Shown here: in pieces, positions 51,281-64,000 of the stretch
Numbering within the stretch: position 1 is the stretch's first letter
Layout: each line of letters starts with the position of its first letter
Source of the DNA: Eledone cirrhosa
Lineage: Eukaryota
NCBI GenBank assembly: GCA_964016885.1
Contig: OZ024762.1
Span: 15,996,001 to 16,060,000 of the forward strand
Direction of reading: 5' to 3'
DNA length: 64,000 nucleotides
Translations under genes and position numbers: made by a program
Notes under the pieces: model-generated
What the model saw: only the letters and a program-made list of their open reading frames with translations
Databases searched by the model: none
Told to the model about the DNA's origin: nothing

Positions 51281-51642
51281 ATATTTACTCCAGTAAACTG
51301 TTGAGTGCTCTAATTCAGTTATAAACATTTATATTTATATTTGTCGGATTTCCAACAAATTAAATACCCTCTTCTACTTATATATCATCATCATTTCATT
51401 TTACGTCCACTTTTCCCTGCTTGCAAGGGTGGGACGGGAACTGATTCTGGCTTGATTTCTACAGCTGGATGCCCTTCCTAACACCAACCTCATTTACAGT
51501 GAGTGCTGGGTGCTTTTTTCCGTGGCACCTCCACGACCACTTTGCAGTGGAATGATAGGGACCCCAGGCCCTATCATCTCATTTCTACAGCTGAGTAAAC
51601 TGGAGCAATGTGAAATAAAGTGCCTTGCCCAAGGAAACAACA

Positions 51643-51687
<45 letters not shown>

Positions 51688-51885
51688 AATGAAAGGTATA
51701 GAAAATATTGTAGCAAAAAGCCAACAGTATTCCATAATATATAAGTGACTATAGCGTCAAAATGGGAAAAATAGTTAACGTAAGATGTGGGAAAAATAAT
51801 TCAAACTCAACTCAAAAAGAATCAGGATATAGATTCATCCAACAGAATTTAGTGAAATCCATGGAAAAATCAATAGAGCCTTGTG

Positions 51886-52148
51886 AAGGCGCATGGCTTA
51901 GTGGTTAGAGCAGTAGGCTTGCAATCGAAAGGTTGTGAGTTCAATTCTCGGACCGCGTGATGTGTTGTTTCCTTGAGCAAGACACTTTATTTCACGTTGC
52001 TCCAGTTTACTCAGCTGAGAATGAGTACCAGCAATAGCTGGAGGTTTAACCCTGTGATGGACTGGCGTCCTGTCCCGGGGGGAGTCTTGTACTCTTAGTC
52101 GCTTCACGCCATGAAACCGGGATAAGCACCGGCCAAATGAGCCTTCTG
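51886..52148 (+). mobile_element. Second tRNA-derived SINE family (other copies at 32315-32570 +, 25430-25570 -, 51580-51642 -)
   Basis: ggcgcatggcttagtggttagagc...gagttcaattc head, followed by ccttgagcaagacactttatttcacgttgctccagt. Confidence 0.8.
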
Positions 52149-52976
52149 CCAATAAAAACACATGCACCTGTTGGTTTTCACTTCGTCTTTGCCTACTTAT
52201 TCCTGAGAGGGCCGTGGTGGCAGAGTCCTCAAACACTCCTTCCAGTGGGACACCTCCTCAGTATTGTATCCTGAAGTCATTGAGAGTTTCTGGTCTTACA
52301 ACAAAGTCATTGAGAGTTTCTGGTCTTACAACAAAGTCACCCTCATCCAGGTGACCAAGTGACATTAGACTTTTTTAGATATATATATCATATATATATA
52401 TATATCATATATAAACCCATGCAAGTGTGGAAAAATGGACGTAAAAACAATGACGATGATGATGATGGTGTTAAACAATGAAAATAAATGAAATTAAGTG
52501 CTTAACCAGTTCATTGTTTTGCGAACGTTTCAGAAGGTTGATTGAACATGATAAATCGATATATTGACTAATCGATAGTAGTTATGTAACTCCAGATTAT
52601 TGGCCCTGCTATAGACAGGTAAATATCAGTATATATATATATATATATAGTATTGGATGATCTTGTGTTAAAGAATAAAAACTAATGATGAAATAAAAAT
52701 ATATTTTAAAAATTGAGGGTGTGCGGTCCTCGGCTCAAGCTTATTTAGCATATAGGTAAGTCCAACACTGAGCAGATACCTGGCCTGCGAGCAGGTCAGT
52801 GACCAGTGCTAGATTTACCATGGTGCTTAGGTGTGCTCAAGCACAAGGCTCCGTTGGCCAGGAGGACCATCTTTCTGGTAAAAAATGTTTTTTCGATGAA
52901 TTTTTCAAATATTTGGGCCCTCACAACTTCTCATTTGTCCTCACAGGTCCTCATTTGTCCTAAATCCGGCATTGTT

Positions 52977-53245
52977 TGTGACAAGGTGTATAACGACGAG
53001 GAAAAGAGAGATCTCTTGTCACCAAATCTTCCATGGGGATCTTGGCGGCTAGCCTAATAAAGGTAACTGGGAAATCTCGCGAGGGCGCTTGGTTGTTCCA
53101 GCACCTCAGCCTCTTCATCACCCGAGGTAACACTGACAGTGTGCTGGCTTGCCTCAAAAATCATTAGAGAAGTTGCCCGGTACTCCTCGCGACGCTGCTG
53201 TCTTTTGCTCTGGTGTTGGCTCGGTTGTTCACCCCTTCCGTTACA
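52977..53245 (+). mobile_element. Possible solo LTR
   Basis: GC/CpG-rich 269-bp island bounded by TGTGAC...GTTACA with an internal AATAAA; no clean TSD. Confidence 0.35.
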
Positions 53246-53505
53246 TTTTCTTTAATATTGTAACATTAAAAGAATATATCCTTCTGAAAGAATCGCGAAC
53301 AATTTATAATGTTATCTAAGCATTTGTAATGTTATTTATGTATATATTTAAAACATATTTGTTATGTTATTCTACTGTAAATTTATTTATATGCTTTGTA
53401 TAAAGTAACTATAAAAGAATTCTTCCATATGCAAGCCTGCTTTGAATTTCTGAATCTTTTTGGTGTGTGTTTACATTTGTGTCTGTTATTTTCAGGATCT
53501 GTAAC

Positions 53506-53656
53506 CAGAGCCGGGTTTACGATTGTGCATAAGCACAGAACCCCGTTGGCCAGTGGGGGGCCCATCTTCCTGCCAAAAAAAATTTACGATGAATTTTTCA
53601 AATATAAGGAGCCTCATAACTGGCACAGGGCTTCATTTGTCCTAAATCCGGCACTG
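53506..53656 (+). mobile_element. hAT-like MITE (related copies at 48925-49105 - and 52804-52974 +)
   Basis: Termini cagagccgg...ccggcactg; imperfect 8-bp TSD tctgtaac/ccagtaac (ttcacagt/gtcacagg for the 48925 copy). Confidence 0.65.
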
Positions 53657-53845
53657 CCAGTAACATAGCGGTTCGACACGAAAGAGATCGATGGTGTGTG
53701 AGTGGGTGAAGGGCTACTAGGCTTGAAAGTGATCGTAGATACTGGGTTTTATGTAATCAACTAAATCCCTTTATGGAGGTGTGCCCAGGTATGGCCGCGG
53801 TCTGATAACCGAAACCATCGTGCTAAAACCAACATCGATGACTAC

Positions 53846-53886
<41 letters not shown>

Positions 53887-53951
53887 TTCCAGCAAGCGTG
53901 AACCTAATAAAAGTGTGTATAATTGCCTCCTGTGTTTTGTTTGTTCTTTTC

Positions 53952-54009
<58 letters not shown>

Positions 54010-54311
54010 GACGGGAGACTACAAACCAACCCTAACCCTTGGGTAGTACGCGATGCATGAGAAGATGTAGAATACAATTCCATCTCTTCACTATATATAT
54101 AGCCTCCCCTCCTCCTCACAAATATACACTTTGATCATATTTCTGTTGAAGTATGTATACATTTTTGGGGGACACCCTGTACATATACAATTCCATCTCT
54201 TCACTATATTAATATATATATATATATACAGGGTGTGCCCCCCCTCCCCAATATATATATACACACTTTGATCATATTTCTGTTAAAGTGTGTATACATT
54301 TTGGGGGGGAC

Positions 54312-54356
<45 letters not shown>

Positions 54357-54357
54357 A

Positions 54358-54389
<32 letters not shown>

Positions 54390-54740
54390 TGTGTGTGTAT
54401 GTGTATAATGGGTTATAAATATATAAATAACACACAAAAGAAGAAAAAAATAGATGGGGTGACTCCATCAGTAAATGCATATAGTAGCACCGTATATATT
54501 ATATATTTTATTTTGGTCGATTGGTAACATCGATCTAGCACTCCGAGTAGCAACGAAAACATATGCTTAATTGCAATGTATTTTAATATATATATTTTTC
54601 AGATAGACGAATATATATCTAGATATATATATCATATATGTATTAGAGAGAGACGGGGATATAAATAACGGTAGAGAGAGAGAGAAGCCGAATGTATATA
54701 TATATATTATGAAAGATATTCACATAATCAAAATATATAC

Positions 54741-54805
54741 TTTATTATATATATTTCAAAGGTACTGTGTTTTTTTTTTTTTCAGTACGTCTTCATCAGA
54801 ATATC
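54741..54805 (-). ncRNA. Degenerate hammerhead motif (same family)
   Basis: Minus strand: gatatt CTGATGA agacgtactg...cagtaccttt GAAA tatata TA ataaag; stem I poor. Confidence 0.4.
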
Positions 54806-55379
54806 TTTCATTTGTTAATATTTTGAATAATATTAAAAACTCCAGGAAAACTTTTTGTTGAGTGCTTTTAATCTATTGTAAAATTGTATTCATTGAGTAA
54901 TCAACGAACCATATTAATCTTTAGTTATACACACATATATATATACACACACCATATATGCTCTATTGCAATCTATTTATCTCTCTATCTCTTTAGCTTG
55001 AGCCCTTTTCTTGTGGCAAATAAAGAAATATATCTCTTTAGCTTGAGCTCTGCCGTCGGGGTTAAACCTTTTCCTATATATATATATATATATATAGGAA
55101 AAGGTTTCTATTGCTATATATATATATATATATATATATAAAGAGAGAGAGAGAGAGAGAGAAGGGGTGAAATAGATTGCTCTATAGCAATCTATTTCTC
55201 CCCTTCTCTCTATCTCTTTATATATATATATATAAAGAGATAGAGAGAGAGAAATAGAGTGTATATATAGATAGATAGATAGCGGTTGAGCGTATATAAT
55301 ATATATATATAGAGAGAGATCGTATATATCATATGTAGCGAGTGTGTATATATATATATATATATATAGCAATAGAACG

Positions 55380-55943
55380 TGTGTATTTAAAGCAGAAACA
55401 TGCCGGGTGATTAAAACAAAATAGGTAAAGGAAGGGGAAGCAATGCAAGGAAGAAAAATGGGAACGAGGCAACCAATAGCTTGCAGCGATGTAGGTCACG
55501 GGACCAAGGTGGCTTCCCCAGAAAGAGAGAGTGAGTAGAAGAGAGAGAGCAAGAACAAAGATAGAGAGAGGAGATGATAGAGAGAGTAAAAACAAACAGA
55601 GAGACGTTAATAAAGAGAGTAAGAACATATAGAGAGAGAGGAAGAAAGAGAGTAAGAACAAAGAGAGAAAGAGCAAGAAAGACAGACGACGGAAACAGTT
55701 ATTCCCCCCTCCCCGGTAGTAACGTTCTGTTGTGGATGTTGTGGGTAAAAGAAAAAAATATATATTTTTACCAACATAGCTAACACAACAGAACCCAGGG
55801 AAGGATATTTTTGAGAAAAAGAAAAACCGAAACAAAAGGATATGGTCAAATTCAGGCGGATTTCATCTTGATGATGCTCGTAATTTAACCATCGGATGGC
55901 TGAAGGAAGACAGGGTGAGGGGAACGATTGTTGAGGAAGGATA
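55380..55943 (+). promoter_or_regulatory. Probable DOT1L promoter/5' UTR (CpG-richer, GA-rich, CCAAT box, uORFs)
   Basis: Unique purine-rich sequence with CpGs between TA arrays; aaccaatag near 55471; three uORFs at 55842-55934. Confidence 0.45.
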
Positions 55944-56012
55944 ATGGAATTAAAGCTTCATAGCCCGGCTGGAGCAGAGGCTGCCGTTTATACGTGGCCT
56001 CTTGCCTCGACG
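55944..56012 (+). CDS. DOT1L: Histone H3K79 methyltransferase DOT1L, first coding exon (rest of gene beyond the window or not found)
   Basis: MELKLHSPAGAEAAVYTWPLAST aligns with the conserved DOT1L N-terminus (human [22 protein letters not shown]). It is followed by a canonical donor ACG|gtgagt in phase 0 at the equivalent position. The rest of ORF 55944-56501 is intronic microsatellite. Confidence 0.88.
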
Positions 56013-56338
56013 GTGAGTTACTTACCACATTATAATATATATATACACATATATCCATATATATATATGCAGGCGTATACAAACACATACTTCACATATA
56101 TATATACTGACACATTCGTACACATGATCACACACATACATATATATATATACATACACACATATAGCTATACAGACAGAGAGAGATCATACACATACAT
56201 ATATGCATACACACAGATCACACACATATATCTATATACGGAGAGAGAGAGAGAGAGATCACACTCACACACGCATACCACTCACACATACATATACATA
56301 CACATACACATAGATCACACAAATCTATATACAGAGAT

Positions 56339-56370
<32 letters not shown>

Positions 56371-56438
56371 CACACAGATCACTCATACACACACACACAT
56401 GTATATATATATATATATATATATACGAAAATATAAGA

Positions 56439-56478
<40 letters not shown>

Positions 56479-56544
56479 TTATATGTGTGTCTCTTCTATA
56501 ACCATTCAATTATTTATTTATAAATTTATTTTATATTTTTGGGG

Positions 56545-56583
<39 letters not shown>

Positions 56584-56758
56584 CACCCTCACATGTGTAT
56601 ATTTATATATATAAATTATCGATCTATACCTGAAATTCTATATACAGTATACAGACACACACACACATATATATATATATAAAGAGTGTCCCCCAAAAAT
56701 ATATACACCTTCAACAACAATCTAATCAATGTGTGTATACATTTTTGGGGGGACACCC

Positions 56759-56797
<39 letters not shown>

Positions 56798-57039
56798 ATG
56801 TATATATTAATCTATTACATATACATATATCTAAATATGTTCTATGTTAATTGTGCGAGTATATGTATGTATCCTGTTTATATACATGTATCATTAAAAA
56901 AGGAAATGTATCGATTGCATATACACATGTGTGTATATATGAATATATATTTATATTTGTGTATATGTACGTGTGTATGTTTTACGCGTGTGGGTGTGTA
57001 TATGTGTATGATCGTGTTGCTGTGTATGTTTATGCATGT

Positions 57040-57184
57040 ATCTCTTTGTCTGTATATGTATGAACTTATCTATATTTGTATGTATGTGTGTATATATATA
57101 TCTATATATTTGTGTATGTGTGTGTATATATATATCTATATATTTGTGTATGTGTGTGTATATATATATATATATGTGTGTGTG

Positions 57185-57215
<31 letters not shown>

Positions 57216-57226
57216 ATATATATATA

Positions 57227-57257
<31 letters not shown>

Positions 57258-57594
57258 GTGTGTGTGTGTATATATATATATATGTGTGTGTGTGTATATA
57301 TATATATATGTGTGTGTATATATATACGTATGTGTGTGTATATATATACGTATGTGTGTGTGTATATATATATATATGTGTATATATATATATATGTGTG
57401 TGTATATATATATATGTGTGTGTATATATATGTGTGTGTATATATATGTGTATATATATGTGTATATATGTGTGTGTATATATATGTGTATATATGTGTG
57501 TGTGTATGTGTGTGTATATATATGTGATTGTGTATATGTGTGTGTATATATATACGTATATGTGTGTGTATACATCTATATACATGTGTATACG

Positions 57595-57633
<39 letters not shown>

Positions 57634-58410
57634 GTGTGTGTATACGTCTATATTTATTTATGTGTGTGTATAAGTAGATATGTGTCTATGTATGTATATG
57701 TCTTCATATATGTATGTATATGTCTTTCTCTATATACGTATGTATATGTCTCTCTCTGTATAAGTATGTATATGCCGCTCTCTATATACATACCTATGGG
57801 TCTCTCTATGTGTTTGTGTATAAGTATGTACGTGTCTATAAGTATGTATGTGTCTCCCTCTATATAAGTATGTGTGTGTCTCTATATATATGTATGTATG
57901 TGTGTGTCTCTATATATATGTATGTATATGTGTCTCTCTATATAAGTATGTATGTGTCTCTCTCTATAAGTATGTATGTGTCTCTCTCTATAAGTATGTA
58001 TGTGTCTCTCTCTATATAAGTATGTATGTGTCTATATATATGTATGTATGTGTGTCTCCCTCTATATAAGTATGTATGTGTCTATCTATAAGTATGTATG
58101 TGTCTCTATATATATATATGTATGTATGTGTGTCTCCCTCTATATAAGTATGTATGTGTCTCTCTATATAAGTATGTATGTATGTGTGTCTCCCTCTATA
58201 TAAGTATGTATGTGTCTATCTATAAGATTGTATGTGTCTATCTATAAGTATGTATGTGTCTCTCTCTATATAAGTATGTATGTGTCTCTATATATATGTA
58301 TGTATGTGTCTCCCTCTATATAAGTATGTATGTGTCTCTCTCTATAAGTATGTATGTGTCTCTCTCTATATAAGTATGTATGTGTCTCTCTCTATATAAG
58401 TATGTGTATG
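57040..58410. repeat. TA/TG microsatellite followed by a 22-26-bp degenerate minisatellite (DOT1L intron 1)
   Basis: (tataagtatgtatgtgtctctctc)n. Confidence 0.9.
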
Positions 58411-58614
58411 AATTTGGACCGTTAAAATCTTGTGTTGACCCCTGACCTGTGAAAGGGGACTAGAACTCCAAATTTGAGCTGACCTCAACCGTGACGACTC
58501 GTTCAACCCGGGGAATTTATCTTACCCCCATCATGTACTCTTACTGCTGATTTCTCTACATCTGCTGTATAGCCATGTCTGTCTCTCTACACATATATAT
58601 TACTAACTACATAT

Positions 58615-59200
58615 ACAGGCTGTCCCCTAAAAAATATATACACGCTTTAACAGCATTCTAATAAATATTGCCCGTACCAGGTAATCAAAGTATGTATACA
58701 TTTTTTGGGAACACCCTGGATATATATATACACACACACACAAGGTGTCCCCCGAAAATATATACACGCTTTAACAAGGTAATCAAAGTATGTATACATT
58801 TTTTTGGAACACCCTGTAAATATATATATATATATATATATAGAGGGTGTCCCCCAAAAATGTATACACACATCAACTGCATTCTAATAAATGTTGCCTG
58901 TACACGTAATGAAAGTGTATATACATTTTTTTTTAACATCCTGTATATATATATATGTGTATATACAGGATGTTCCCCAAAAATGTATACACTTATTCAA
59001 CAGCATTCTAATAAATATTGTCTGGACAAGTAATCAAAGTGTGTATACATTTTTTTAAACATCCTGTATATATATATATATGTGTGTGTGTATATACAGG
59101 ATGTTCCCCAAAAATGTATACACTTATTCAACAGCATTCTAATAAATATTGTCTGTACAAGGTAATCAACGTGTGTATACATTTTTTTGGCACACCCTGT
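58615..59200. mobile_element. Cluster of tiny Tc1/mariner-derived hairpin MITEs (also 16000-16102, 54150-54318, 56683-56761)
   Basis: TA-cagggtgtccccaaaaaatgtatacac ... gtgtatacattttttgggacaccctg-TA pairs around a short core. Confidence 0.7.
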
Positions 59201-59363
59201 ATTTACCTTCCCCCCTCCTTGTCTATCTACCTCCCTATATATATATATTCCTCCTTGCCTACCCATCTATATACCCCCTCCTTGTCTATCTATCTACCTC
59301 CCTATATATATTCCTCCTTCCCTACCCATCTATATACCCCCTCCTTGTCTATCTACCTCCCTA

Positions 59364-59424
<61 letters not shown>

Positions 59425-59653
59425 CTCCTTTCTTACCCATCTATCTACCCCCTCCTCCCTGCTTGTCTCCCTACTTGCCTACCTACCTACCTCCCTGTCT
59501 CCCCACCCTCCTGTCATCTAACTACACCTCTGATGTACCCTTCAATTACACTAGGTACATCATCATCATCATATAACCTGGCTTTCTCTTCTAACATACT
59601 TTATATACTATGTACACATCTTTAGATACTAAATACACAAAGTTCACATTTCC

Positions 59654-61414
59654 TGTACCTATAGTTTATTCAAGGTACACCCCTCTTGTGTACCTATAGT
59701 TTATCTAAGGTACACCCCTCTTGTGTACCTATAGTATATTCAAGGTACACCCCTCTTGTGTACCTATAGTATATTCAAGGTACACCCCTCTTGTGTACCT
59801 ATAGTATATTCAAGGTACACCCCTCTTGTGTACCTATAGTATATTCAAGGTACACCCCTCTTGTGTACCTATAGTTTATCCAAGGTACACCCCTCTTGTG
59901 TACCTATAGTTTATCTAAGGTACACCCCTCTTGTGTACCTATAGTTTATCTAAGGTACACCCCTCTTGTGTACCTATAGTTTATCCAAGGTACACCCCTC
60001 TTGTGTACCTATAGTTATCCAAGGTACACCCCTCTTGTGTAACTATAGTTTATCTAAGGTACACCCCTCTTGTGTACCTATAGTTTATCTAAGGTACACC
60101 CCTCTTGTGTACCTATAGTTTATCCAAGGTACACCCCTCTTGTGTACCTATAGTTTATCTAAGGTACACCTCTCTTGTGTACCTATAGTATATTCAAGGT
60201 ACACCCCTCTTGTGTACCTATAGTTTATCCAAGGTACACCTCTCTTGTGTACCTATAGTATATTCAAGGTACACCCCTCTTGTGTACCTATAGTTTATTC
60301 AAGGTACACCCCTCTTGTGTACCTATAGTATATTCAAGGTACACCCCTCTTGTGTACCTATAGTATATTCAAGGTACACCCCTCTTGTGTACCTATAGTT
60401 TATTCAAGGTACACCCCTCTTGTGTACCTATAGTTTATCTAAGGTACACCCCTCTTGTGTACCTATAGTATATTCAAGGTACACCCCTCTTGTGTACCTA
60501 TAGTATATTCAAGGTACACCCCTCTTGTGTACCTATAGTATATTCAAGGTACACCCCTCTTGTGTACCTATAGTTTATCCAAGGTACACCCCTCTTGTGT
60601 ACCTATAGTTTATCTAAGGTACACCCCTCTTGTGTACCTATAGTTTATCTAAGGTACACCCCTCTTGTGTACCTATAGTTTATCCAAGGTACACCCCTCT
60701 TGTGTACCTATAGTTATCCAAGGTACACCCCTCTTGTGTAACTATAGTTTATCTAAGGTACACCCCTCTTGTGTACCTATAGTTTATCTAAGGTACACCC
60801 CTCTTGTGTACCTATAGTTTATCCAAGGTACACCCCTCTTGTGTACCTATAGTTTATCTAAGGTACACCTCTCTTGTGTACCTATAGTATATTCAAGGTA
60901 CACCCCTCTTGTGTACCTATAGTTTATCCAAGGTACACCTCTCTTGTGTACCTATAGTATATTCAAGGTACACCCCTCTTGTGTACCTATAGTTTATTCA
61001 AGGTACACCCCTCTTGTGTACCTATAGTATATTCAAGGTACACCCCTCTTGTGTACCTATAGTATATTCAAGGTACACCCCTCTTGTGTACCGATAGTTT
61101 ATTCAAGGTACATCCCTCTTGTGTACCTATAGTATATTCAAGGTACATCCCTCTTGTGTACCTATAGTTATTCAAGGTACACCCCTCTTGTGTACCTATA
61201 GTTTATTCAAGGTACACCCCTCTTGTGTACCTATAGTTTATTCAAGGTACATCCCTCTTGTGTACCTATAGTTTATTCAAGGTACATCCCTCTTGTGTAC
61301 CTATAGTTTATTCAAGGTACACCCCTCTTGTGTACCGATAGTATATTCAAGGTACACCCCTCTTGTGTACCTATAGTTATTCAAGGTACACCCCTCTTGT
61401 GTACCTATAGTTTA
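59654..61414. repeat. 35-bp self-complementary minisatellite, about 50 copies
   Basis: tacctatagtatattcaaggtacacccctcttgtg. Confidence 0.96.
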
Positions 61415-61667
61415 CATGTTAGGTAGGGCAAAAGGGGGCATTAAGGCCCACCACACAACAAATGCCTAATAATTATAATGCATTTGTTGTGTGGTGGGGG
61501 TTAATATCCCCGTTTTCCCTACACACCTTGTGTACCCATAGTTTACATATCAGGTACACACCTGGAGTACCCACACCTGGATTGGAGAAGACCTTAAAAA
61601 CAGGAAGGCACTGAGAACCGAACACAACCTGGATATTCGGTTTCTTGTTGAACTCATTGCTCACTGG

Positions 61668-62370
61668 TCTTCTGTCTGTATATAGCTGGTATGGCCTTCA
61701 CAGGGCCTCTGTCTGTATATAGCTGGTATGGCCTTCACAGGGCCTCTGTCTGTATATAGCTGGTATGGCCTTCACAGGGCCTCTGTCTGTATATAGCTGG
61801 TATGGCCTTCACAGGTCCTCTGTCTGTATATAGCTGGTATGGCCTTCATAGGTCCTCTTGTCTGTATATAGCTGGTATGGCCTTCACAGGGCCTCTGTCT
61901 GTATATAGCTGGTATGGCCTTCACAGGTCCTCTGTCTGTATATAGCTGGTATGGCCTTCACAGGGCCTCTGTCTGTATATAGCTGGTATGGCCTTCACAG
62001 GTCCTCTTGTCTGTATTTAGCTGGTATAGCTTTCACAGGGCCTCTGTCTGTGTTATGTATGGCCCTCGCAGGTCCTCTGTATCTAGCTTGTATGGCCTTC
62101 CCAGGTCCTCTGTCTGTATATAGCTTGTATGGCCCTCACAGGTCCTCTGTGAAATATGGCTGTCACAGGTCCTCTGTCTGTATATAGCTTGTATGGCCTT
62201 CAGAGGTCCTCTGTTATATATGGCCCTCAGGTCCTCTGTTATATATGGCCCTCACAAGTCCTCTGTCTATGATATATATGGCCCTCACAGGTTCTCTGTA
62301 TAAGTTATGTGTGACCCTCACAGGTCTTCTGTATAGGTTATATGTGGCTCTTACAGGTCCTCTGTCTATG
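61668..62370. repeat. 37-bp minisatellite decaying toward its 3' end
   Basis: tatagctggtatggccttcacagggcctctgtctgta. Confidence 0.93.
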
Positions 62371-64000
62371 AATGGTTTGTATTGGCATCACAAACCATTA
62401 ACTGACACTGTTTCCTTAACAATCGAAGGTAGCTATCACCTCTGAAGGGCTTCTTCTCTCTCTAAAAATGGAGGGTAGCAGGTTATATGGAGTGTGATAC
62501 TACATGGTAGCAAGGTGTCGATCTCGAATGTGAAAGATTAGTAATTGTTAAGAAAGAAATAAAGTGTGATCCATTGGATGTGATGTTAATGTGTGTGAGT
62601 AACAGAGCAGAAATAAAGTTGGGGGGGGAGGGGATGTTGGATGTTAAAGAAATGAGGGGGAATGCCATAATTATTGTCATCATTTATTGACTGTTTTCCC
62701 TGTTAGCAACAGTTGGACATGTCATCACAGCAGACAGATCTGTATTCAAGCGAAGCCACTGACTCATGAGGGCCAGCGGCAACGTTCAATCCTTCACTCT
62801 ACCGAGTTCATTTTATCGTGGCACAAATACCAAGTTATGTCCTTAACTCATTTGAGGAGTTCTCCTGACCCTTTGTTTAGCAGGTTGTTTTTAAATGGTT
62901 GGATGCCCTTCCTGTCACTATGCAAGAAAGAAAACAGCATTGATTACAGGAATGTGATGCCGGTTGTATAAAGAAGTTTTGAGCTCTTGAAAATGGATGG
63001 GATCTGAGAGGCTTAGGAAGGCATGAGGTGACAAAGTACTGAGGGCAGATCTTGTAAGGCTGAACCTGATGGAAGAGATGACAAAGAAGCACAAGGATTG
63101 GTAGCATACAGTAATAGTAAAGACCAAGCCATTAGTTAGTGTAAATATACTATAGCAGTGAGAATAATGATGGTGCACTCTGTTGTTAATTGTATTCCTG
63201 TTAGGTCTCCAACTGTGGCCCTCATCTTACCTTCATATCTACCACTCACCCTCTCTTTTCTGTCACTCTACCATGCTGCTTGTGTAACAAAGGAATAGCA
63301 TTTGATCTGTCTGTATGGCTATGTGGTTAAGGCATTTGCTCTGCAAGTATGTGCTTTTGGGTTTCACTCTCACTGTGTGACACTTTGGGCAAGTGTCTTC
63401 TACCTTAGCCTCGGGTTAACTGATGACTTGGGAGTAAGATCTTTGGCAGATGGAAATTGTGTGTGTAACATAACAATTTGACAACACATTAAATATTCTA
63501 ACCAAACTTATCAATTAGCTAGCCTTGATATAAAAAATATTTCTCCATAGTGTTGGTGATCTACACGATAAATGCACCCAGTACATTCTGTAAAGTGGTT
63601 GGTAATAGGGAGGGCATCCAATTGGAAAACATGCCAAGCAAAGGGTCAGGGGAGCCGGTCAGCTATGTCAAAGTCATGACAACCTCCCTCGTGTTGGTGA
63701 TATTCACAATAAATGCACAAAGTACATTTTGTAAAGTGGTTGGTGATAGGGAGGGCATCCAGCTGTGGAAAACCTGCCGAACGAACGGCTGGGAAGACCC
63801 TTCTGCCATTTTAAAGTCACGACAGCCTTCCTAGTGCTATGATAAAATGCACTCAGTAGAGTGCACGACCGTAAGTATGATGGAGGCACCCCAGCCCATC
63901 TGATAAGTCAGTAGCCATTGACTTGGTCTGTGAAGACTCATCCAACCTTTGCTAGTAGGGAAACCAGATAATGATGTTGCCGGTGATTACACCTTTGTTA

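Noticed and set aside
51886-51960. tRNA gene
   Set aside because: A/B boxes are present but the cloverleaf is incomplete and it continues into a SINE body found in several copies.
59654-61414. CRISPR-like appearance (35-bp palindromic repeats)
   Set aside because: No unique spacers, no cas genes, eukaryotic intron; it is a plain tandem repeat.
56013-64000. DOT1L exon 2 (expected ...EIxETIRWVC)
   Set aside because: No matching sequence found by eye; probably beyond the window.

Overview
AT-rich, repeat-dense eukaryotic DNA. The (TA)n/(GATA)n microsatellites, a tRNA-derived MetaSINE-type family and the RTE/Penelope content point to a mollusc, most likely an octopus (inference). Two host genes are supported. 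(1) A complete six-exon cytosolic-fold sulfotransferase on + (22008-35728, 429 aa; 341 aa if it starts at the second ATG, 22272). It resembles SULT4A1 but keeps the PAPS-binding motifs, and it carries an unusual acid-free basic N-terminal leader followed by a transmembrane helix. (2) The first coding exon of DOT1L on + (55944-56012), preceded by three stacked uORFs. The rest is transposon and satellite DNA: an internally deleted maT/DD37D mariner, RTE and Tx1/L1 LINE remnants, a Penelope GIY-YIG remnant, piggyBac-like and hAT-like MITEs, SINEs and many minisatellites. The least obvious signal is a set of about ten type-I hammerhead ribozyme motifs, several sitting in long near-perfect palindromes just downstream of the sulfotransferase stop codon. 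Nearly all long ORFs in the track are repeat artefacts.
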